Assembly (NCBI GenBank): GCA_964454175.1
Contig: CAYVSA010000031.1
Coordinates: 1 to 22,500, forward strand
Length of the DNA stretch: 22,500 bases
Direction: 5' to 3'
DNA from: an uncultured Pseudomonadota bacterium
GTDB taxonomy: Bacteria > BMS3Abin14
Part shown: one piece after another, positions 16,894 to 22,500 of the stretch
Position numbering within the stretch: position 1 is the stretch's first letter
Layout: every line of letters starts with the position of its first letter
Notes under the pieces: generated by a model
Databases searched by the model: none
Told to the model about the DNA's origin: nothing
Seen by the model: only the letters and a program-made list of their open reading frames with translations
Translations under genes and position numbers: made by a program

Positions 16894-17649
16894 ATGGCAC
16901 TGAATCTCAGTTTGTCGGGATTGAAAAAAATATTTCCCGGTAACGGGACTCTCAATGAGGTTCAGGTAATTGAGCAGTTGGACTGCAGTATAGAGAAGGG
17001 CCAGTTTGTATCCATTGTCGGTCCCAGCGGCTGCGGGAAAACGACCCTGCTCAAGATCATAGCTGGTCTGGAAGCCGCGACAGAGGGGAGTATCCTCTTG
17101 GACGGGGAGATTATTTCCGACAACGATAACCGTGTGGGGCTGGTTTTTCAGGAGTTGGCCCTGTTTCCCTGGAGGACGACCGTCCAGAATATTGAGATGG
17201 GTCTTGAGATCCGTGGTGTACCCAGGATGCAGAGACGCCGGGAGGCCTTGAAATACGTGAAGGAGTTCGGGCTTTTCGGTTTTGAGGATACATACCCCAG
17301 AATGCTATCCGGTGGCATGAAACAGAGGGTAGCAATCGCCCGTACCCTCATCGCAAATCCCGAAGTACTGTTGATGGACGAACCATTTGGTTTCCTGGAC
17401 AGCCAAACGAGGATGGAGATGCAGAACTTTCTCCTTGAGGTCTGGGAGAGGAGGCAAACAACAGTTGTCTTTGTAACTCACAACGTGAACGAAGCCATAT
17501 ATCTTGGAGACCGTGTCATGGTCATGTCAAGCCGCCCATCCAGGATTATGGATATTTTCGACGTCGATATTCCCAGGCCAAGGGAGCGCTCCGATCCGAA
17601 GTTTTCGAGGCTCAGGGAGGAAGTCTTCGATCTGTGTGCCAAATTGTAA
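16894..17649 (+). CDS. ABC transporter ATP-binding protein (SsuB/TauB family)
   Basis: GPSGCGKT, LSGGMKQR, LLMDEPF and FVTH. Confidence 0.94.
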   Translation: MALNLSLSGLKKIFPGNGTLNEVQVIEQLDCSIEKGQFVSIVGPSGCGKTTLLKIIAGLEAATEGSILLDGEIISDNDNRVGLVFQELALFPWRTTVQNIEMGLEIRGVPRMQRRREALKYVKEFGLFGFEDTYPRMLSGGMKQRVAIARTLIANPEVLLMDEPFGFLDSQTRMEMQNFLLEVWERRQTTVVFVTHNVNEAIYLGDRVMVMSSRPSRIMDIFDVDIPRPRERSDPKFSRLREEVFDLCAKL

Positions 17650-17690
17650 TTTTATGAATTCGGTGTGTGCATGTATGAGAATAATTTGGT

Positions 17691-18347
17691 GTGTCGGGTA
17701 ATATTGGTGTGGATGTAGATGCTGCGGATGTAAGGGTTTTGCGACCGGGGATTTTGAGAAGGGCCCCTGATGGAACTATCCTGGATGCCAGGTCCTCGGT
17801 GACCCTGATAAGCACCATTGGACATAAAATAGTAGTCGATACCGGCCCGACGGATGAAGGTGAGAAAATACAGGAAAATCTGTCCCGAGCCGGTCTGCAG
17901 CTTCGTGACATAAGCATCGTCATCAACACCCACCCGCATCCGGATCATACGGGTGGAAATCATTTGTTCGAAAGGGCTGCTGTTTTATGCGGACGCCAGG
18001 GGTTATTATGGCTGGCTAAAAAGGCGGTGGTTACCAAAAAGTATCCCCTGGTCAGTGACGATGAGGTTTTGTTGGATGAAAGAGTATCCCTCATAAAGAC
18101 ACCTGGACATACATGGGACAGCATAAGTGTCATCATAAGAGGTGCCTCATCGGTTTTCAGTGAATCCCGCGAAACTATTGTAATTGCAGGTGACGCACTT
18201 CCCACCAAAAGTAATTATGTCAAATGGGTGCTTCCTGCTGTCCGCGTTTGCAGCAAGGAAAGTCTTGCAAGTATGAAAAAGATTGTTGAGATTTCTAACT
18301 GGGTGATACCGGGACACGATGAGCCATTCAGGGTAAAAGACTTCTGA
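17691..18347 (+). CDS. Metallo-beta-lactamase-fold hydrolase
   Basis: VVDTG, THPHPDHTGGN, TPGHT, AGDA and IPGHD; GTG start is uncertain. Confidence 0.87.
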   Translation: MSGNIGVDVDAADVRVLRPGILRRAPDGTILDARSSVTLISTIGHKIVVDTGPTDEGEKIQENLSRAGLQLRDISIVINTHPHPDHTGGNHLFERAAVLCGRQGLLWLAKKAVVTKKYPLVSDDEVLLDERVSLIKTPGHTWDSISVIIRGASSVFSESRETIVIAGDALPTKSNYVKWVLPAVRVCSKESLASMKKIVEISNWVIPGHDEPFRVKDF

Positions 18348-18421
18348 GTCCAGGTTTTCTTGCGAAAATGAGTGGTAATCAGATGAGCTAATTTTGCAGA
18401 ACAGCCAGCATTTCTCTGGCA

Positions 18422-19129
18422 TCACAGCCCGCACCTTTCAAGTAGTTCGCCATCGCTGAAGATCTCCCCGGTGGGGCCGTCGGCGGCCGATTTTCCCTCC
18501 GCTAGCACTATAGTCCTCTCACACAGGTTCTTTGCCAGGTCCAGGTCGTGGGTGGCGATTATCCTGGTGTGGGCGAAACCGCCCAGAAGCTCTACCAGCC
18601 TCCTCCTTGAGCGGGGGTCCAGGTTGGAGCTGGGCTCGTCCATGACAAGGATATCCGGGCTCATGGCCAGGACGGTGGCTATGGAAACGGCCCTCTTCTC
18701 ACCTCCCGAGAGACGGTGGGGAGGCCTGTTCCCCAGTGAGGCGGCGCCTACCCGGTCAAGTGAATCTGCCACACGGGCCTCGATCTCTTCTGCAGGTAGT
18801 CCGAGGTTCAGGGGCCCGAAGGCCACGTCCTCGGCAACTGTCGGCATGAACAGCTGGTCGTCCGGGTCCTGGAAGACCATACCGACTGTCCTTCGCACGT
18901 CATTGATGGTCCCCTTCGTCAGCGGAAAGTCGCCGATGCGTACCTGTCCCTCCTGGGGCGTCAGGTACCCGTTGAGGTGGAGCAGGAGGGTGGATTTGCC
19001 GGCACCGTTGGCTCCAACTACCGCAACTGACTCGCCGTGGGTGATCCTGAAGGAAACCCCGTTGAGCGCCCTGGTCCCGTCAGGGTAGGTGTAGGCCAGG
19101 GAATCGACCTCTACGATGTGATGGCTCAT
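18422..19129 (-). CDS. nikO: ECF transporter ATPase (NikO/CbiO)
   Basis: GANGAGKST, FQDPDDQLF, LSGGEK, DEP and THD; ATG 19129 overlaps the nikQ stop (ATGA). Confidence 0.92.
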   Translation of the reverse strand: MSHHIVEVDSLAYTYPDGTRALNGVSFRITHGESVAVVGANGAGKSTLLLHLNGYLTPQEGQVRIGDFPLTKGTINDVRRTVGMVFQDPDDQLFMPTVAEDVAFGPLNLGLPAEEIEARVADSLDRVGAASLGNRPPHRLSGGEKRAVSIATVLAMSPDILVMDEPSSNLDPRSRRRLVELLGGFAHTRIIATHDLDLAKNLCERTIVLAEGKSAADGPTGEIFSDGELLERCGL

Positions 19130-19938
19130 CCAGGAAACCTCATGACGACACTGCCAAGCAGAACTGGCAGGTCCCATAACCTGAAGGCTACGAAAAGACT
19201 GCACCAGCCGAGGATGAAAAACGCCTCGGCAGGGCCGGCAGAGAGTTCCGACATGGTCCGTATCTCGCCGGAAAAGCCACGGCTGAGCATGGCCAGATGG
19301 ATCCTGCGTGCCCGGTCCAGTGTCCTGACCAGCAGGCTGCCGGCAAGGCTCCCGTAGGCTTTAATGCCCGTTCCCCTCCTGCCGAAAGAGCGCAGAGCGC
19401 GAGCCCGGACCAGTCGCAGGGCTTCTTCGGCCAGGACGAACATATACCGGTAAAGGAACATGAGCTGAACGGTAAAGACGCGGGGCACGCCCAGACGCTG
19501 CAGGGCCATGCAGATGTCCTCGAAGCTGGTCACGGCCACGAGGATGACTGCTGTCCCGATGGTCAGGGCGAATCGGAGGAGGATGGAGGCGAAGGAGACC
19601 CATCCCCCGGTGACGGCAAGGGGCCCAGCCTGCATTAATACCTCTTTATCCAGGAGAGGGTTGAACATACCCACCATGATAGCGAAGGGCGCCACAACGG
19701 CGATGCGCCTGGCGACGTAACCTAAAGGCACCTTCCCTGCACCCGCCACGGCCAGGGGGTATACGAGGTAGGGCAGGAGGGCGGAGATCTCGTATTTGCC
19801 GAAGGACACGATACTGACTACAAAAACGGCCGTCGTGATGATCTTTGCCCTGGGGTCGATCCTGTGGATGGCGGTGTCCTGTCGGGCCAGACTGTCGAGC
19901 CTGCCAATGCTGAAAAGTGCTTTTTCCAGTACGGCCAT
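19126..19938 (-). CDS. nikQ: ECF transporter T component (NikQ/CbiQ)
   Basis: HRIDPRAK, FLYRYMFVL, ARALRS and AMLSRGF. Confidence 0.92.
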   Translation of the reverse strand: MAVLEKALFSIGRLDSLARQDTAIHRIDPRAKIITTAVFVVSIVSFGKYEISALLPYLVYPLAVAGAGKVPLGYVARRIAVVAPFAIMVGMFNPLLDKEVLMQAGPLAVTGGWVSFASILLRFALTIGTAVILVAVTSFEDICMALQRLGVPRVFTVQLMFLYRYMFVLAEEALRLVRARALRSFGRRGTGIKAYGSLAGSLLVRTLDRARRIHLAMLSRGFSGEIRTMSELSAGPAEAFFILGWCSLFVAFRLWDLPVLLGSVVMRFPG

Positions 19939-19942
19939 GAGG

Positions 19943-20362
19943 TCAGCGGAGGTTGCGGCCGGTAGTGGTTGTCACCAGTTTGCCGTGCTTCACGCCCTTG
20001 GTGCCAATCAGCTCATCGGCCAGCCGCTGCACATCGGACGACCTGCCCCTGACAACCACCACCTCCAGGCAGTTGTCGTGGTCAAGGTGGACGTGGAGGG
20101 CAGAGACTATGTTGTCGTGGTGGGCGTGCTGGTGTTCGGTGAGTTTATCAGCCAGGTCGCGGACGTGGTGGTCGTAGACTATCGTCACGGTGCCCACGGT
20201 CTGTTCGTTTCCCTTCGACCACTGTTCCTCCACCAGTGCGCTGCGAACCAGGTCTCGGATGGCCTCGGAGCGGTTTACGTATCCCTTGCGCTCAATAAGC
20301 TGGTCGAAACTGGCTAGCAGTGCGGCGTCCATCGATATGCCGAAACGGGTCAGTTCTGACAT
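19943..20362 (-). CDS. nikR: Nickel-responsive regulator NikR, 139 aa
   Basis: RFGISM ribbon-helix-helix, [13 protein letters not shown] and [20 protein letters not shown] supports ATG 20362 rather than 20548. Confidence 0.96.
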   Translation of the reverse strand: MSELTRFGISMDAALLASFDQLIERKGYVNRSEAIRDLVRSALVEEQWSKGNEQTVGTVTIVYDHHVRDLADKLTEHQHAHHDNIVSALHVHLDHDNCLEVVVVRGRSSDVQRLADELIGTKGVKHGKLVTTTTGRNLR

Positions 20363-20392
20363 ATGCCCTCCGGTAACACGATTGTGAAAATG

Positions 20393-20421
20393 TTGACACG
20401 AAATCGAATGCGCTGTATGGT
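20393..20421 (+). promoter_or_regulatory. Putative sigma-70 promoter of nikMN
   Basis: TTGACA (20393-20398), 17 bp spacer, TATGGT (20416-20421). Confidence 0.65.
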
Positions 20422-20428
20422 TGAAATG

Positions 20429-20455
20429 GTAGCATAAATTTATAAAACGTAACAC
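20429..20455. promoter_or_regulatory. Putative NikR operator GTAGCAT-N13-GTAACAC
   Basis: Two 7-bp half-sites with an AT-rich 13-bp spacer between the nikMN promoter and its RBS; a second pair GTAACAC-N13-TTGACAC lies at 20373-20399. Confidence 0.6.
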
Positions 20456-20472
20456 CCAAATGAGGAGCCGCC

Positions 20473-21510
20473 ATGCACATGGCAGACGCCCTGCTGACCC
20501 CCGCAGTAGGCGGGAGCATGTGGGCAGCCACAGCCGCAGTAACGGCATACAGTTCCAGGAAAGTCCGGCAAGGCATGGACGATTTCCGTGTGCCCCTCAT
20601 GGGCGTCCTGGGAGCATTCATATTCGCCGCGCAGATGATTAACTTCACTATCCCGGGCACCGGCTCGTCGGGGCACCTGGCGGGAGGGATGATACTCGCC
20701 ATACTGCTGGGCCCCTGTGCAGGCTTCCTCACAGTTGCTTCGGTGCTCACCGTTCAGGCCCTGTTCTTCGCCGACGGCGGCCTCCTGGCCCTTGGCGCCA
20801 ACATCTTCAACATAGGTTTTTTCTCCTGCTTCGCGGCCTACGCGCTCATATACAGGCCGATCGCCGGAAGGGCGCCCACATCTTCCAGGACGACGACGGC
20901 CTGCATTGCGGCAAGTATAGTAGCCCTGCAGCTTGGATCGGCCGGAGTAGTCGTTGAGACTGTGGCCTCGGGTATTTCGGAACTTCCCTTCAGGTCCTTT
21001 TTTCTCTTGATGCAGCCTGTCCACCTGGTGATCGGAGTAGTCGAGGGTGTTGTAACCGCAGCGGTTGTAGCCTTTGTCTGGAGGGCCCAGCCTGAAGTGC
21101 TGGAAACTGCCGGAGTTTCCGGTCCTGTCCGCCCGCCCCGGATGAAAATCCTCTTGTCCGTCCTGCTTTCGGCGGCCCTTGTTATCGGGGGAGGGCTTTC
21201 CTGGTTTGCCTCGCAGAACCCGGACGGGCTGGAGTGGTCCATTGAAAAACTCACCGCAAACAAAGGATTAAAGGGTGCCGAAAGCAGCCTTCATGAGGAA
21301 GCGGAAAAGGCGCAGGACAAAACCGCCCTTTTCCCGGGATACAAGACAGAAAACAAGATTAGCGGAGCTGGAGACGGAGATGAGCCCGGCAGGATGTCCG
21401 AGGCCCCCTCCGGAAAGGGCACAGCCGGGCTGGTAGGCGGCCTGTTGACCTTCCTTGCCGCTGTTGCCGTGGGTCATATCATCAGGAAAAGACCAGGCCG
21501 TCCGGCCTGA
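20473..21510 (+). CDS. nikMN: ECF nickel S component NikM fused to NikN (PDGLE domain)
   Basis: N-terminal MHMAD metal ligand motif, [19 protein letters not shown] and [20 protein letters not shown]. Confidence 0.92.
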   Translation: MHMADALLTPAVGGSMWAATAAVTAYSSRKVRQGMDDFRVPLMGVLGAFIFAAQMINFTIPGTGSSGHLAGGMILAILLGPCAGFLTVASVLTVQALFFADGGLLALGANIFNIGFFSCFAAYALIYRPIAGRAPTSSRTTTACIAASIVALQLGSAGVVVETVASGISELPFRSFFLLMQPVHLVIGVVEGVVTAAVVAFVWRAQPEVLETAGVSGPVRPPRMKILLSVLLSAALVIGGGLSWFASQNPDGLEWSIEKLTANKGLKGAESSLHEEAEKAQDKTALFPGYKTENKISGAGDGDEPGRMSEAPSGKGTAGLVGGLLTFLAAVAVGHIIRKRPGRPA

Positions 21511-21531
21511 TACAGATTCAGGCAGACACTG

Positions 21532-22047
21532 CTAGATGTACTCGACGACCTCTGCGAGGGGTTTTCTCTTCTTCTCCCGCCTGGTGTAACCGGCCTTCGG
21601 GTATCCAATGGGCGTCAGGGAGTAGACGATCTCGTTATCCGCAAGGGACAGGGCGTTCCTGAGTGCGTCTGGGTCGAAGGCACCGATCCAGCAGGTTCCA
21701 ACGCCCTCGTACTCTGCGGCAAGGATCATGTGGTCCAGGGCAATCGTCACGTCGGTCTCGAGGGAGTTGTAGCCGTCGCTCTTCCTGACCCAGGCTTCAT
21801 CCCTCTTCCCGACGACTATCAGGATGTGCGGCGTATCGGCGAACCACTCCCGGGCATAACATGCCCTCACCTTTGCCAGCATCTCCGGCGAAGAGACAAG
21901 CAGGAACCGCCACGGCTGGTAGTTGACTGCCGAGGGGGCCAGGCGGCCAGCATTGAGGATACGTTCCAGTACATTCTTTTCCACCGGCCTGTCTGGGTCG
22001 TAGCTCCTCACGCTCTCCCTTTTCCTGACAAGCTTGTAAAAATCCAT
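21532..22047 (-). CDS. Nitroreductase family protein
   Basis: RESVRSY, APSAVNYQPWRF, GVGTCWIGAFD and IGYP; GGAGG RBS supports ATG 22047. Confidence 0.92.
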   Translation of the reverse strand: MDFYKLVRKRESVRSYDPDRPVEKNVLERILNAGRLAPSAVNYQPWRFLLVSSPEMLAKVRACYAREWFADTPHILIVVGKRDEAWVRKSDGYNSLETDVTIALDHMILAAEYEGVGTCWIGAFDPDALRNALSLADNEIVYSLTPIGYPKAGYTRREKKRKPLAEVVEYI

Positions 22048-22200
22048 GTTTCCTCCATTTCCCGGTGCTTTATATTCCATTTCCAACCACCTTGGTCATT
22101 GGTCTTTGGTCGCGATCGGCACCCATCAGGGTGCTACCAACTCCCACAATAGCACTTTCGCATGCCGCGTTCTCGGCGACAGTCTGCCTGGACGGAACTC

Positions 22201-22500
22201 TCAGGAACCCCGGATCGCACTACGAAAGGCCTCGACTGAAGGGACGTTTGCGAGCCTCCCGGACTCGTCTTCAAACATTCTTCAGGAAAATCCGGTCATG
22301 TCCCCGGCGGGGAAGGGATCCCGGCCGTTAATGAGGATAGTAGGAGAGCCGATCAGGCCCTTTTCAGCTGCGGTTTCGTTCCCGATCCTGCTGTAGGTTA
22401 CTTCGGCCTCCACCCCCTCTAACTCAATGGCCTCTGTGAGGTTCTCTCGGAGGCGGTCTTCAGTCATACACTGGTAGGAGAAATAGCAGTCGATCTTCAT
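22201..22500 (-). CDS. Small thioredoxin-like selenoprotein (DUF2703-like), 99 aa with Sec73
   Basis: The 72-aa ORF ends GSPTILINGRDPF...GFS-TGA, but the frame continues RMFEDESGRLANVPSVEAFRSAIRGS to TGA 22203-22201. The first TGA sits where this family has the Cys of a CR(V/L)Y motif, and a SECIS-like hairpin follows. Confidence 0.8.
22246..22276 (-). promoter_or_regulatory. Bacterial SECIS-like hairpin
   Basis: Minus-strand GTTTG-AAGA-CGAGTC-CGGGA-GGCTCG-CAAAC starts 5 nt after the UGA; the G-rich apical loop is about 21 nt downstream of it. Confidence 0.72.

Noticed and set aside
2353-18347. Additional Sec read-through or frameshifted pseudogenes within the operon
   Set aside because: The recognisable TGA-ending genes appear full length, and several TGAs are part of ATGA/TGATG couplings.
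18422-21510. Nickel transporter as a functional part of the operon (metal supply to the amidohydrolase)
   Set aside because: Convergent orientation, its own NikR control and different base composition; only adjacency supports it.
1-22500. CRISPR array, IS element or RiPP precursor for the radical SAM
   Set aside because: No regularly spaced repeats, transposase or terminal inverted repeats, and no convincing short precursor ORF with an RBS was seen.

Overview
Bacterial window, probably from an anaerobe using selenocysteine; a Desulfobacterota/deltaproteobacterial-like origin is a guess from gene content. Left end: tmRNA (ssrA, minus strand, 1-361, tag ANESGYALAA). Next comes a divergent GAF/AAA+ sigma-54 activator and a sigma-54 promoter driving a ~16 kb, 17-gene plus-strand operon (2353-18347). 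The operon interleaves two known but normally separate modules. The first is the core of the Nit1C / MSMEG_0567-0572 nitrogen cluster (NitB/MSMEG_0572-like DsrE protein, MSMEG_0568-like radical SAM, GNAT, sll0787-like AIR-synthase-related protein), here without the nitrilase, NitG or NitH flavoprotein. The second is a complete FdrA/YlbE/YlbF (AllFGH-type transcarbamoylase) plus carbamate kinase module. Also in the operon: a metal amidohydrolase, an OsmC protein, a GlcD/GlcF-like FAD and Fe-S pair, a BtaA-like SAM-fold protein, an SsuABC/NitT-type ABC importer and an MBL-fold hydrolase. The right end looks more GC-rich and carries a split nickel ECF locus (nikR-nikQ-nikO divergent from nikMN), a nitroreductase, and a small thioredoxin-like selenoprotein (UGA read-through with a SECIS hairpin) that the ORF track truncates. 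All family calls come from motif recognition, not database searches.
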